Shown here one piece after another: positions 1-12,164 of a stretch of DNA of 64,000 bases. Position numbers and translations under genes: made by a program. Numbering within the stretch: position 1 is the stretch's first letter; every line of letters begins with the position of its first letter. Source of the DNA: an uncultured bacterium (GTDB lineage Bacteria > Chloroflexota > UBA5177 > JANWHV01); contig CAWHAE010000016.1 in the NCBI GenBank assembly GCA_963827235.1, forward strand, positions 1,120,001 to 1,184,000, in the 5' to 3' direction. The notes under the pieces are model-generated. The model worked only from the letters and a program-made list of their open reading frames with translations. It was not told the DNA's origin and searched no databases.

Positions 1-610
1 CCTCGTCCCGAGTCTGCTGACGCTCTCGGACGTCATGGGCACCGGCTGGTTCGCTGCCATCGCGGCCGACGTGCAGCCGGGCAAGACGGTCGCGGTCGTC
101 GGCGACGGCGCGGTCGGGCTCCTCGGCGTGCTCTCCGCCAGTCGGCTGGGGGCAGAGCGGGTCATCGCGATGAGCCGCCACGCATCGCGCCAGTCACTCG
201 CCCGGGAGTTCGGCGCGACCGACATCGTGACCGAGCGCGGTGACGAGGGTGTGGCGCATATCAAAGAGCTGACCCAAGGCATCGGCGCCGACGCCGTGCT
301 GGAGTGCGTGGGCACCCAGGAGTCGATGCTGCAGGCGATCCGCGCTACCCGCCCGGGCGGGGCCGTGGGCTACGTCGGCGTCCCGCATGGGGTCACGCTC
401 GACGGCCAGGAGTTATTCTTCACGCACGTCCGGTTCCACGGCGGGCCCGCACCCGTGCGCCGCTTCCTGCCCGATCTGATCGACCGCGTGTGGCAGGGCC
501 AGATGAACCCCGGCAAAGTGTTTGATCTGACGCTGCCGCTCGATCAGGTGGCCGAGGGCTACCGCGCCATGGACGAACGCCGCGCCATCAAGGCGCTGCT
601 CCTACCCTGA
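1..610 (+). CDS. Zinc-dependent alcohol dehydrogenase (MDR family), 5' end outside window
   Basis: SDVMGTGWFAA, VAVVGDGAVG Rossmann motif, DAVLECVGT, C-terminal GYRAMDERRAIK; frame open from the window edge. Confidence 0.9.
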   Translation, partial: LVPSLLTLSDVMGTGWFAAIAADVQPGKTVAVVGDGAVGLLGVLSASRLGAERVIAMSRHASRQSLAREFGATDIVTERGDEGVAHIKELTQGIGADAVLECVGTQESMLQAIRATRPGGAVGYVGVPHGVTLDGQELFFTHVRFHGGPAPVRRFLPDLIDRVWQGQMNPGKVFDLTLPLDQVAEGYRAMDERRAIKALLLP

Positions 611-643
611 GAACTCTTCGGCACTGTACAAGGAGGATCCACG

Positions 644-1036
644 ATGGCAGCATGGTCGATTGACGAGCTGGACAGAATCGGAGCCGCGGAGGAGCTGCAC
701 ATCGCGCCACGCCGACGCGACGACACGCTGCGCAAGCCTGTGACGATCTGGGTCGTACGCCACGGCGACAACCTCTACGTCCGCTCCTGGCGCGGGCGCA
801 CCTCCGCCTGGTATCGCAGCGTCCAGGAGCGCCATGAGGGCCATATCCGCGCCGGTGGCGTTGACAAAGATGTCCTCTTCATCGAGGCTGGCGATGACGT
901 CAACGAAGCGGTCGACGCCGCCTACCGGACGAAGTACCGGCGCTACGCGGACAACTACGTCCCACCGATGCTCAGCCCCCAGGCTAGAGAGACAACCCTG
1001 ACGCTCGTGCCACGCGGATCGGGAGCTGATCGATGA
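644..1036 (+). CDS. DUF2255 family protein
   Basis: WSIDELDRIGAAEELHIA...TIWVVR...LYVRS...VDAAYRTKY signature; AGGAGG RBS upstream. Confidence 0.85.
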   Translation: MAAWSIDELDRIGAAEELHIAPRRRDDTLRKPVTIWVVRHGDNLYVRSWRGRTSAWYRSVQERHEGHIRAGGVDKDVLFIEAGDDVNEAVDAAYRTKYRRYADNYVPPMLSPQARETTLTLVPRGSGADR

Positions 1037-1101
1037 TCGCGCGAACAGGCGCCGGCATGCCCGCGCACGGCACAGCGTCCATGGCATGAGCCGGCGGAGG
1101 A

Positions 1102-1536
1102 GTGAGTCACACGACAAGAAAGGGGAACGCCATACACTTGACCGAGAACTCCATTACTACCAACCCGGGGTCGAGTGCCTGGTTCAACGGCACGGTCTTC
1201 GTCGACACGGAGGGGACGCCGTCGGGACCGTCGCGTCTGCCGGCGAGCGGCGTCCACTTCACGCCGGGTGCACGGACGGCATGGCACACCCACCCCAACG
1301 GCCAGATCATCTACGTCACCGAAGGCATCGGCCTGTGTCAGCGTCGCGGTGGTCCGGTCGAGGTTATCCGGTCCGGCGACCGGGTGTTCTTCGAGCCGGG
1401 CGAGGACCACTGGCACGGCGCCGCACCCAACCGCTACATCACGCATCTTGCGATGCTTGTGGTCGATGAGGCGGCAAAAAGCGCGACGTGGGGTGCGCAG
1501 GTCACCGACGACGAGTATGTCCGGCAACCCGGCTGA
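1102..1536 (+). CDS. Cupin domain protein (true start possibly ATA at 1132 or TTG at 1138)
   Basis: VHFTPGARTAWHTHPNGQ and GEDHWHGAAP cupin motifs. Confidence 0.88.
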   Translation: MSHTTRKGNAIHLTENSITTNPGSSAWFNGTVFVDTEGTPSGPSRLPASGVHFTPGARTAWHTHPNGQIIYVTEGIGLCQRRGGPVEVIRSGDRVFFEPGEDHWHGAAPNRYITHLAMLVVDEAAKSATWGAQVTDDEYVRQPG

Positions 1537-1686
1537 TCAGGCCTGCCAGTGCGTCCTCTTCCTGACAACGCTGTGGGCGGTGCATCCATCGCGCCTTATA
1601 CTCCCGATCATTGCAGGTTGAGCGCGGCGACGTTCTGCGCAGCGCTATCAACAGACTGCCGCACAGGCAGAAGAAGGAGAGATCTC

Positions 1687-2670
1687 ATGGAATACACGAA
1701 ACTGGGCAACACCGGCATGGACGTCTCCCGCATCTGTTTGGGGTGCATGGGCTTCGGCGATGCCGAACGCTGGACGCACAAATGGGTGCTTGACGAGGAG
1801 AACAGCCGGCCGATCATCCAACACGCCCTGGACCTGGGGATCAACTTCTTCGATACCGCCAACGTCTACTCCCTTGGCAGAAGCGAGGAGATCCTGGGGC
1901 ACGCCCTCAAGGACTTCGCCAAGCGGGACGAGATCGTCGTAGCCACCAAAGTGCACGGCAAGATGCGCCAGGAGCCCAACGGAGGCGGGCTCTCGCGCAA
2001 GGCCGTCCTCAGTGAGATTGACCAGAGCCTCACGCGCCTGGGCATGGACTACGTGGACCTCTACCAGATCCATCGCTGGGACTATCAGACCCCGATCGAA
2101 GAGACTATGGAGGCGCTCCACGACGTGGTGCGGGCAGGGAAGGCCCGCTACATCGGTGCCTCCGCCATGTGGGCCTGGCAGTTCCAAAAGGCACTCCACG
2201 TGGCCGAGAAACATGGCTGGACCCGCTTCGTCTCCATGCAGGATCACCTGAACCTGATCTACCGCGAGGAGGAGCGGGAGATGCTGCCGCTCTGCCGCGA
2301 GGAAAGGATCGGCGTGATCCCGTACAGCCCACTGGCCTCGGGACGCCTGACCCGCGATTGGACCGCCGAGAGTTCGCTGCGTGCTGCGACGGATCAGATC
2401 GCAATCAGCAAGTACGGTGCCACAGTCGACACGGATCGCGAGGTTGTCCGGCGGGTCGCGACCGTGGCGGAACAGCATGGAGTTCCGCGCGTGCAGATCG
2501 CGCTTGCCTGGTTGCTCCAGAAGCAGCCGGTGACCGCGCCGATTATCGGCGGTACGAAGATCAGCCACCTGGAGGACGCGGTAGGCGCGCTCGCCGTAAC
2601 CTTGACCCAGGAGGAAGTCACCTCATTGGAAGAGCCGTACGTGCCTCATCGCATCATCGGTCACCAATAG
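1687..2670 (+). CDS. Aldo/keto reductase
   Basis: MEYTKLGNTGMDVSRICLGCM, FFDTANVY, DLYQIHRWD, PYSPLASG; AAGGAG RBS before ATG 1687. Confidence 0.93.
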   Translation: MEYTKLGNTGMDVSRICLGCMGFGDAERWTHKWVLDEENSRPIIQHALDLGINFFDTANVYSLGRSEEILGHALKDFAKRDEIVVATKVHGKMRQEPNGGGLSRKAVLSEIDQSLTRLGMDYVDLYQIHRWDYQTPIEETMEALHDVVRAGKARYIGASAMWAWQFQKALHVAEKHGWTRFVSMQDHLNLIYREEEREMLPLCREERIGVIPYSPLASGRLTRDWTAESSLRAATDQIAISKYGATVDTDREVVRRVATVAEQHGVPRVQIALAWLLQKQPVTAPIIGGTKISHLEDAVGALAVTLTQEEVTSLEEPYVPHRIIGHQ

Positions 2671-2826
2671 CCGTTCTAGCTACCACCGCTACGCGGAGCA
2701 GTACGATCTGCCCATCATTGGTCCGGACGCGCGTGCCGCGACCATCAAGCTGGTACCGTGCTAAGCACTGGTCCCGGCGCGCGTGGTGTGCACGCGAAAG
2801 CGAAGTGAGAGAGAAAGAGATAAGCC

Positions 2827-2871
2827 ACGCGAGGCGCCATACTGTACGGTCCGCGCGACGTGCGTTATGAG
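2827..2871 (+). pseudogene. N-terminal remnant of a zinc alcohol dehydrogenase
   Basis: Reads (ACG)RGAILYGPRDVRYE after a purine-rich RBS-like tract; matches typical MDR N-termini, start codon lost. Confidence 0.55.
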
Positions 2872-2881
2872 GTTCATTTGA

Positions 2882-3886
<1,005 letters not shown>

Positions 3887-4629
3887 CGACAAGCATCTTT
3901 CGCCACTCGCACGAGCTGCGGACGCGGGAGCGATAGCAGTCGCTGCCAAACATGCGCCCGTGTGTTACTGCCTGTACGGTGCGCGTTCAGCGCATCGAGC
4001 CGGGCACGCGACGCCCAACGCACGAGCATGTCGATGCAGTCCAGCTCGCCTCGACCCGGCAGGCGCGCACGGCTGCACTAGCGACTTGCGTGGGAGGCAA
4101 GTAGGGGCACGAGCACCCTAGCGTTCGGGTTGCCCCAGCCGGTGACGGAGTCTCAGCCTGGGCCTGCTCTCCGTTATCAAACATGAGTTCGCTTGCCCAC
4201 TTCGGCGACCGTACTCATATCGCAGCACTTGCTCTTCTGCGGGTAAAGTTGAGGCCGTCACGCACGGCAAGGCGCGCTTGGGCACGTCCTGTGGTAAGGC
4301 AGGTCGCCGAGGTGCCGATTCCGTTCCTGAGCCATCAGCTTGCGATTGGCGATCGCACAGGCACGCTGCACGAGGGACGTGGGTCCGATCAGGACGCGCA
4401 GCCGGAGGCAGGGTCTGGCCGTCAGGACTGAACGCTACGCTATGTCGCCTCGCTGACCGCTTCGAGTTAGCATTACCGCATCGCGGTGCGGCAGCCGGTG
4501 ACCGCCATATCCTACTCAGTCTGGTTCGGGATGGTAACTAACCTGATGCGGACGAGCTGCATCTGCAGGCTGTTACGGCACAGGGGCCGGGCGTGCAAGC
4601 GCTGCTTGGTGTGGCAAGGGAGGACAGGC

Positions 4630-5118
4630 ATGACCCTCCAATCGTCTATCGGAGCAGCTGCGGTCGCCTGGTTCGTGCTGGTTGCCTCGCTGCCAGGCGC
4701 AGCGGCCGCATACACTGGTACGGCCTGCACGACGAGCTGGGCTGCGCTGACGACGGCCACGGTGGTATACGGCAAGTTCGACATGACGAGCCACGGCGCG
4801 GACACGGGCGACGCCAGTCTGAACCTACCCACGGGCGTTGCGGTAGACGCAAGAGGCGGGCTCTACGTCGCAGATACCGACAGCAACAGCGTGCTCTACT
4901 ATGCCCGAGGCAGCACGATGGCCAGCAAGACGTACGGCCAGCCCGACATCAGGGGCAGGGAACCCGGCACCAGCGTCGCCAGACTGAACCAGCCGACAGG
5001 TGTTGCAGCGGATGCCAGCGGCAGGCTCCTTGTAGCGGAGTATGGCAACGACCGGGTGCTCCGCTTCGCCCGGGGCAGCAGAGTGGCCACCACGGTGTAC
5101 GGCCTACGCGGGCGGTAG
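4630..5118 (+). CDS. Secreted NHL-repeat protein, apparently truncated
   Basis: Signal-peptide-like N-terminus; two NHL repeats (LNLPTGVAVDARGGLYVADT, LNQPTGVAADASGRLLVAEYGNDRV), too few for a full propeller. Confidence 0.65.
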   Translation: MTLQSSIGAAAVAWFVLVASLPGAAAAYTGTACTTSWAALTTATVVYGKFDMTSHGADTGDASLNLPTGVAVDARGGLYVADTDSNSVLYYARGSTMASKTYGQPDIRGREPGTSVARLNQPTGVAADASGRLLVAEYGNDRVLRFARGSRVATTVYGLRGR

Positions 5119-5364
5119 CCGGATCCTCCACGCAGGTGAGCCACCCGAGCGAGCGCGCGAGCCCCTTTCTCCGACGCACACCCAGAGTGTCTGGAACGAC
5201 TCTCCCGAGCAAGGGCATGCACTTGCTTGCCGTCCGCGTCCGCTGTTACGATCAGTCTACGACTGGCGCAGGGAGGAAGGATGGCCGTTTCTCCAGCGTC
5301 CTTGCACGATCCTCTAGCATGTGACGTGAAAGGGAAGCCGCTACGCGTGACCAGGATGGCAGCG

Positions 5365-6294
5365 ATGAACGAGCGCACGGATTACCTGACCAGAGCGCAC
5401 CGGGAAGAATTGCTCGAGCGCATCGCTCACGTCATGCGGGAGGATGGCACCGCGGAGCCCATCGCTGGGCTGTACCTGATCCGCGTGTCCGAGCCGAACG
5501 TGCGAGTGCACAGTGTCTCCGTGCCCTCGTTCTGCGTCATCGCGCAAGGCGGTAAGGAGATCGCTCTCGGCGCGAGCCGCCACGGATACGACCCGGAGCA
5601 CTAGCTGCTCGTGACGGCCGAGCTCCCCTACATTGGGCGCGTCGTCGAGGCGTCCAGTCACCGTCCGTACCTCAGCCTGCGCCTCAATCTCAACCCGGCT
5701 CTGGTCGGTTCGGTCATGGTCGAGGTGGGGATCCCGGCTCCACGCGGTCAGGGTACGGCCAAGGCCATGGTCGTGAGCACGCACGATGCCGACCTGCTCG
5801 ACGCCACGGTGCGACTCGTGCGGCTCAATCGACGATCCCCCCAGGCGCGCGTGCTCATGCCGCTCGTCAAGCGGGAGATCGTCTTCCGGCTGCTGCTGGG
5901 CGAGCAGGGCCATCGCTTGCAGCACTTGTCCCTCCTCGGCAGCCACGCACATCCCATCGCCCAGGCCGTCGAGCGGCTGCGGAAGGACTACGACCAGCCA
6001 CTGCGCATCGGGCGCGTTGCCCGGGAGCTCGGGATGAGCGTGTCAGGCTTTCACGACCACTTCAAGGCCATCACCGACATGAGCCCGCTGCAGTTCCAGA
6101 AACAGGTACGACTGCACGAGGCGCGGCGCCTGATGCTCGGCGAGCACCAGGACGCCACCAGCGCCAGCCTGCGGGTCGGGTATTGCGAGGCCTCCCACTT
6201 CAGCCGCGACTACAAGAAGCACTTCGGAAACTCGCCGGTACGGGACATCGAGTACCTCCGGGCGACCATTGAGGACAGGGTTCGGCAGGGGTAG
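5365..6294 (+). pseudogene. AraC-family regulator (AraC_N + HTH) with in-frame TAG at 5602-5604
   Basis: PSFCVIAQGGK...YDPEH*LLVTAELP continuing in the same frame to MSPLQFQKQVRL and SHFSRDYK. Confidence 0.85.
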
Positions 6295-6457
6295 AACCGG
6301 TTGCCCTGAGCTATGCTATGGAGCAGCGGGCGGGTTGGGCGGTGTCATGAGTGCTGCCGGCGAGCGCGGCGCGGGCTCAGTGGTGGATGTTCGCGCTGAC
6401 GGGCCTACGATGTCCTGCTTGGCAACAACCTGTCCGTCGTAGCTGGAGAGAAGAGCA

Positions 6458-7501
6458 ATACAGGATTCTCACGCCGACGCACCCACAATCCCCGCCCCGC
6501 GACCGCTCCCCAAGGCGCCTGCCCTCCGTTGGGGCGTGTTAGCGCCCGGCGGTATCGCCGCCATGTTCGTCGACGCTGCCAATGCCTATTCCAACCAGCG
6601 CGTTGTGGCCGCCGGCTCACGTACGCTTGCCCGGGCTGAGCAATTCGTCGCCCAGCATGGAATCGCCCGAGCTTATGGCTCGTATCAAGCACTGGTCGAC
6701 GACCCCGAGGTCGATGTCGTCTACGTGGCCTCCACCCATAACACCCATGCCGAGCTCGCCCTGCTGGCCATCGCCGCGGGCAAACATGTGCTCGTCGAGA
6801 AGCCGTTCGCCACGACCCGCGCCGAGGCGGCGCAGGTGGCTGCAGCGGCGCGAGCAGCAGGCGTGCTGGCCATGGAAGCAATGTGGACCCGCTATATTCC
6901 GCAGGCGGACGTCATCCGCCAACTGCTGGAAGCCGGGGCCATCGGCGACGTTCGCATGGTCGCGGCGGACTTCGGCTTCTGCTTCCCCCACGACCCCACC
7001 CATAGGCTGCTCGACTCCGAGCAGGGCGGCGGCGCGCTGCTCGACGCGGGCGTGTATCCTGTCTCGTTTGCCTCCTCGATCCTCGGCGCCCCGCGCTCGG
7101 TGTGCGCCACCGGCCGCACCGGGCCGACCGGCGTGGACGTCGAGGTGGCGATGGTGATCGACCATGGCGACACCGCGTCGGTCGCTTTCACCTCGCTCAC
7201 CGCATCACTGCCGGTGCGGGCTACGATCATGGGCAGCGGGGGACGGATTGAGGTGCACCGCCCCTTCTTCGGCCCGACCGGCATCACACTTCAGACGGGA
7301 GGTTTCGCCGTGGAGGAGACCCTTACCCACTGGGAAGACAAGGCGTTGCCAAAGCTACACGACGGCCTGTCCTATGAGGCCGACGCGCTGGCACGCTTTG
7401 TCGCCGACGGGCGGACCGAGTCACCGATACATACGCTGGACGAAACCGTGGCGATCATCGCCACCCTGGAGGACGCGCGCCGGCAGGTGCTCGGTCAATA
7501 A
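6458..7501 (+). CDS. Gfo/Idh/MocA oxidoreductase (start uncertain; ATA 6458)
   Basis: LRWGVLAPGGIA upstream of the GTG at 6536 is in frame; HVLVEKPF, MEAMWTR, GGALLDAGVY. Confidence 0.85.
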   Translation: MQDSHADAPTIPAPRPLPKAPALRWGVLAPGGIAAMFVDAANAYSNQRVVAAGSRTLARAEQFVAQHGIARAYGSYQALVDDPEVDVVYVASTHNTHAELALLAIAAGKHVLVEKPFATTRAEAAQVAAAARAAGVLAMEAMWTRYIPQADVIRQLLEAGAIGDVRMVAADFGFCFPHDPTHRLLDSEQGGGALLDAGVYPVSFASSILGAPRSVCATGRTGPTGVDVEVAMVIDHGDTASVAFTSLTASLPVRATIMGSGGRIEVHRPFFGPTGITLQTGGFAVEETLTHWEDKALPKLHDGLSYEADALARFVADGRTESPIHTLDETVAIIATLEDARRQVLGQ

Positions 7502-7840
7502 GTCGCGGCATGGCGCACTCCGCACACCTGGCGGCGGGTGGACTTTCCTAGGAACTCGCCACGGCGGCGATAGCGGATCGCGCTCTCCATTTCTCCTGCG
7601 CGAGGTGCAGCCGGCGAAACGCCGGCACGAGACCCAGTCGAACTGCGTCTGGCGATGGACGCACTGCCGAATCTGCTTGACACATGTGTGCATAACCCGT
7701 GAGACCACCCGGTCGCGCAGAAATGAGTCCCACCGGCGCATGTGGTGCATGCGCGACCGATCGGCTATGTTCCCGGACGACCGTGCTCAGGTGGTAGTGC
7801 CGATGGGTATCTCGATAGGAAGCTCCGAACTGGCGGCGGA

Positions 7841-8032
7841 TCAGCCGTGCGCCTGCTGGGCGTGCTTGGGCAGAAGTCCGCCGAGCAACAGCATCAGGAA
7901 ATACAGACCCGCGGTGATACCGAAAGCGACTTTCGCGGCGGCGAAGTAGGCGTGGCTGGACGGCTGCCCTACACGGGCGAAGAATATCGTGCCGAGAACA
8001 GGCATCTGGCTCAACATGGTGACCAAGTCCAA
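7841..8032 (-). pseudogene. Probable C-terminal remnant of a membrane transporter (MFS-like)
   Basis: VLGTIFF...FAAA...LYFLMLLLGGLLP hydrophobic helices; no upstream body. Confidence 0.35.
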
Positions 8033-8208
8033 GAAAGCCGGCGCAATCGCCCCGAAACCGTCTCGCAGTCGGATCGCGCATAACCGGCGTACCAGAACTT
8101 CCTCGAAAGAAATCCGGGAGGCGGTGTCGGATCGGGGCAGAGGTGTTCGTAGAGTAGGGTGAGAGGCCGCCCACGAGGGGCGCCCCGAGACACGGGAGAT
8201 GATCCGAG

Positions 8209-8544
8209 ATGCAGTACCTGGTTTCCGTGATCGACGACACAGCCGGCTTGGCCACCCCGTCCGAGATGGCTGCGATCGACGCGTTCACCGACCGGCTCAT
8301 GACCGAGGGCCACTGGGTCTTCGCTGGCGGCCTCGGGTCGTCCAACAAAGCCACGGTCATCGACAACCGGAGTGGGGAGGCGGTGTTCGCCGACGGGCCC
8401 TTCCTGGAGTCGAAGGAGCACCTCGTCGGCTTCTGGATCATCGAGGCCCTCGACCTCGACGTGGCGCTCAAACTCGCCGCCGAGGGGTCAATGCACTGCA
8501 ATCGGAAGGTCGAGGTGCGGCCGTTCCTGGGCGAGGGCGCGTGA
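8209..8544 (+). CDS. YciI/DGPF-family protein
   Basis: WVFAGGL, VFADGPFLESKEHLVGFWII, VEVRP motifs. Confidence 0.9.
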   Translation: MQYLVSVIDDTAGLATPSEMAAIDAFTDRLMTEGHWVFAGGLGSSNKATVIDNRSGEAVFADGPFLESKEHLVGFWIIEALDLDVALKLAAEGSMHCNRKVEVRPFLGEGA

Positions 8545-9748
8545 TCGACGTCCGGGAGGCGATCACCCAGGCCCACCACGAGGGGTGGGCGCGGGTGGTC
8601 GCTGCCCTGACGAGGCGCTCCGGTGACTTCGACATCGCCGAGGAGGCGCCGCCCGAGGCGGTCGCGACCGCCCTCGAGCGGTGGCCGGCCGACGGCGTAC
8701 CCCCGAACCCCGGCGCCTGGCTGACCACCACCGCCAAGCACGACGCCATCCACCGGATCCGGCGCGAGAGCAAGCGCGACGACGAGCAGACGGGAGCTCA
8801 GCTGGTGTACGACGACGACCCGCCCGAGCCTCGCGGGGCTATTGACGACGAGCGGCTCCGGCTGACTTTCGCCTGCTGTCACCCGGCGCTCGCGCTGGAG
8901 ACCCGCGTGGCGCTGACGCTGCGCATGGTCGGCGGTCTGACCGTGCCCGAGATGGCCCGTGCCTTCCTGGTGCAGGAGACCACCATAGGGCGGCGGATCA
9001 CCCGCGCGAAGGCCAGGATCAAGGCGGCTCGCATCCCCTATCGGGTGCCGTCTGCGGAGGATCTCCCGGCACGCGTCTCCGGCGTACTCGCCGTCCTGTA
9101 CCTCGTCTTCAAGGAGGGCTACCTGGCGACCGGAACCGACACCGATCCCGTCCGTCACGACCTGACCGCCGAGGCGATCCGACTCACGCGTCTGGTCCGT
9201 GCCCTCCTGCCGGAGGACGGTGAGGTGGCCGGGCTGCCGGCGCTGATGCTTCTCGCCGACGCCCGCCGCACCGCACGGGTTTCGGCGAGCGGCCAACTGG
9301 TCCCCCTCGACGAGCAGGACCGTGGGGCCTGGGACGCGCCGCTGGTGCGCGAGAGCCTCGCCGACGGGGTGTCGCCAGGGCGCTACCGAGATCCTCGCAG
9401 CGATCAACGTCGTGCATACCTCCGCCCGCGACGTACGCGACACCGACTGGTCGCAGATCGTCGCCCTCCACGACCAGCTCGTCCGCCTCGACCCCTCGCC
9501 GATCATCGCCCTCAACCGGGCCCATCACGGTCGCCGAGCTTGACGGCCCGGCGGTAGCACTGGCGGCGGTCGACCGTCTTGAGGACAGATTGGCCGGCTA
9601 TCACGCCTACCATGCGACCCGCGCCGACCTGCTGCGCCGGCTGGGCCGTGGTCAGGAGTCGCGCGCGGCGTACGACAAAGCAATCGAGCTGGCGGGCAAC
9701 ACCGCCGAGACCGCCTACCTAACACGCCGCCGCGACCAACTGGAGTAG
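8541..9748 (+). pseudogene. ECF sigma factor with TPR-like C-terminal extension (ECF42-like), two frameshifts
   Basis: WPADGVPPNPGAWL, DERLRLTFACCHPAL, RITRAKARIK; frameshifts near 9388 (GRY/ILAAIN) and 9522; ends YLTRRRDQLE*. Confidence 0.85.
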
Positions 9749-9750
9749 TG

Positions 9751-9788
9751 CCCGTGCCAGATCGCCCATATGGGCGATCTGGCACGGG
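9751..9788. terminator. Perfect 38-bp palindrome directly after the ECF stop codon
   Basis: CCCGTGCCAGATCGCCCAT|ATGGGCGATCTGGCACGGG. Confidence 0.6.
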
Positions 9789-11009
9789 GATCCCAGTCGA
9801 AACCGCGTGCAAAGCGGCGTCCGGCCTCGATGGAATGCGCCGCGCGGGGCAGATGGCGGGGTGGCCGGCCAAGCCTCCCGGCGCCGGCCCTCCAGATTCC
9901 AGTCCAGGATCAGCCCGCAGGACGGTTTGAGCCGTCCGGTCTTACGGATCAGCGCGGCCGCACACCAGATCCCCGACCACTTCGCCGGACGATGGTTGGC
10001 GCACTTCGGCATGATGATGCATCAGCTCGCTACCAGCGAGGGTACTTGTCCGCGACCGCCGACCGTTCAGCAAAGCGTGCGGCTGATCTACGCCTCGGGC
10101 GCATGTCTTCGATCAGGGTGAAGGTAGAGCTGCCGCTACCAGGCATCCGCGATCACGGTGATCAAGAAGTTGTTGTTTTGTCCCGTGCATAGTTCATACT
10201 CTGCATGCCCCAATGGGCAGGCCGCTGAGGACGTGGGGCACTCTGGAAGAGCGCGCTTCGAGGCTGGTCGAGCTGGGCCGGAGAACACTGGAAGTCGGCG
10301 CGGCTGCAGAAACGCAGGTATCCAGCCGCATCGGCAATCGCAGGTAAACACGGCACTCCTATGTTCAAGCCGCAGTGGTTACAGGGATGCACCCTTCATC
10401 TGCCGCATGCGAGGCCCAAAATCACGATCGGGTGAACAATTGCTCCGTCGTAAACAAGTCCAGCCCTGCTCGAACTCCGCCTTGAGATTGTGACGGGCTA
10501 TCTGGGACAACACCTCACCGAGCAGTGCCTGAGCTGCTCTGGCGTCAGGTAGCGAAGTGGCGCGCCTCGACAACAAGAAGCCGTCGAGCCGCACGCGATC
10601 GCTGAGATGGCTTCCATAACCGGCCAGATACTAGGACATAAGGCGTCTCCTTGACGGAGGGAAATCCGGGTACAGCCTGCAAGTCAGCCTCCCAGCCAAC
10701 GCGGCAAGTCCTGTGAGCACGTGGTCGGCAACTCGCTGCCACCTCGCGAGGTGTGCCGTCTCGTACGCATCTGCTTCACCGAGTCAGAAGGTGCAAGTAT
10801 AGCCCGACCGGTCCATGTGCCGTGCAGAGCACGCATGAGATGATGTGCGCGAACCCGGCTCAGCAGCGTGTCTCGTGGACGGGGCAAGTGAAGCAACCGG
10901 CTCTCGCATGTCACTGCAGGAGAGAGTGCGGATCGCTTGCGCGCGAAGGAGCGTCGAGCACCGCCCGGCCAGGAGAGCAGCCGAATGGGCTGGCGAAAGG
11001 AGTATCCAG

Positions 11010-12164
11010 GTGAGGATCTCGCATGTGACCTTACGTGCAGGAATCGCGGCGCTTTTTGCGCTGGCCGGTTCGCTGGCGCAGACAGCGGCGACACCGGCGC
11101 GGGCCACGGAGACCCCGGAGTATACGGTTAGCCTGACGGTTAGCCAGAGTTCGGTGCCAACTGGCACCGTGGTTACGCTGACCGCTACCGCCGACCGAGA
11201 CGTTGGCGACTACTATGTCGACATCGTGACCGACCTCTCGAACCCGTCCCACACGCATGTCGGTCCCGACTGCGGTGGCGGCACTGTCTGTACGACCACG
11301 GTCCACTTCAGCACAGCCGGATCTCACACCTACTATGCCATTGTCGACCAAGAGGACTGGACCATCCTGGCTCAGTCGACGCCCCGGCAGGTGACGTGGT
11401 TCAGCTCAGCTTCTACTGTTGAGTTGCCGCAGAGCTATGCCATCGACCCGATCCCGGACCATCATCTCGGCGATCCGCCGGTTCTGGTAACTGGACGGGG
11501 CGACTACGTGACGGCGCCGGCGTTCAGTGCCACCGGTGCTTGCAGTCTATCCCCGGACAGCATACACCTGATCCTCACCGGCGCCGGCAGCTGCAGGGTG
11601 ACCGCTTTCCTGCTTGGTGTGGGCAACTACATGAGCTACACGTCGGAGCCCGTGACCTTCACGATCCTACCCGACCCGCCGGCAGTGACGTGGCCCAGCC
11701 CAGCGGACATACCCTACGGGACGGCGCTGGGATCGACGGAGCTCGACGCCACATCGTCAATGCCAGGCACCTTCGCGTACACGCCTGCCGCAGGTACCGT
11801 GCTGCCGGTCGGTGCCAGCCAGGCACTCACGACGACGTTTACGCCGGCAGATGTGGTGAACAACACACCGGTCGTTGCCACGACGACGATCACGGTTACC
11901 AGGGCCACGCAGCATCTAACGCTCTACCAACTGCCTAACCTGGCAGTCGGCACAGCGGTGAAGGTCGTCGCGAATCCTGGTGCTTCCGGCGCGCCGGTGG
12001 TCCTCGCTGCGAGCGGGGCATGTACTCTAGATGCGGACGGAGTGACGCTCACTCCATCGGCTGCTGGCTTTTGCACCATCACGGCCAACGAATCCGGGAA
12101 CGCGCAGTATCTGGACGCACCCGCTGTCACACAGACCGTGTCGGTCCAGGCGAAACCGTCGTGA
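11010..12164 (+). CDS. Secreted/surface protein with Ig-like beta-sandwich domains
   Basis: AAGGAG RBS + GTG; signal peptide; Thr/Val/Pro-rich beta repeats (VTWPSPADIPYGTAL, GTFAYTPAAGTVL, CTITANESGN). Confidence 0.75.
   Translation: MRISHVTLRAGIAALFALAGSLAQTAATPARATETPEYTVSLTVSQSSVPTGTVVTLTATADRDVGDYYVDIVTDLSNPSHTHVGPDCGGGTVCTTTVHFSTAGSHTYYAIVDQEDWTILAQSTPRQVTWFSSASTVELPQSYAIDPIPDHHLGDPPVLVTGRGDYVTAPAFSATGACSLSPDSIHLILTGAGSCRVTAFLLGVGNYMSYTSEPVTFTILPDPPAVTWPSPADIPYGTALGSTELDATSSMPGTFAYTPAAGTVLPVGASQALTTTFTPADVVNNTPVVATTTITVTRATQHLTLYQLPNLAVGTAVKVVANPGASGAPVVLAASGACTLDADGVTLTPSAAGFCTITANESGNAQYLDAPAVTQTVSVQAKPS

Noticed and set aside
9800-10800. Short ORFs in apparently non-coding stretches (also 12200-13700, 33000-33480, 35430-36200)
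   Set aside because: No recognisable motifs or RBS; possibly decayed genes but cannot be supported
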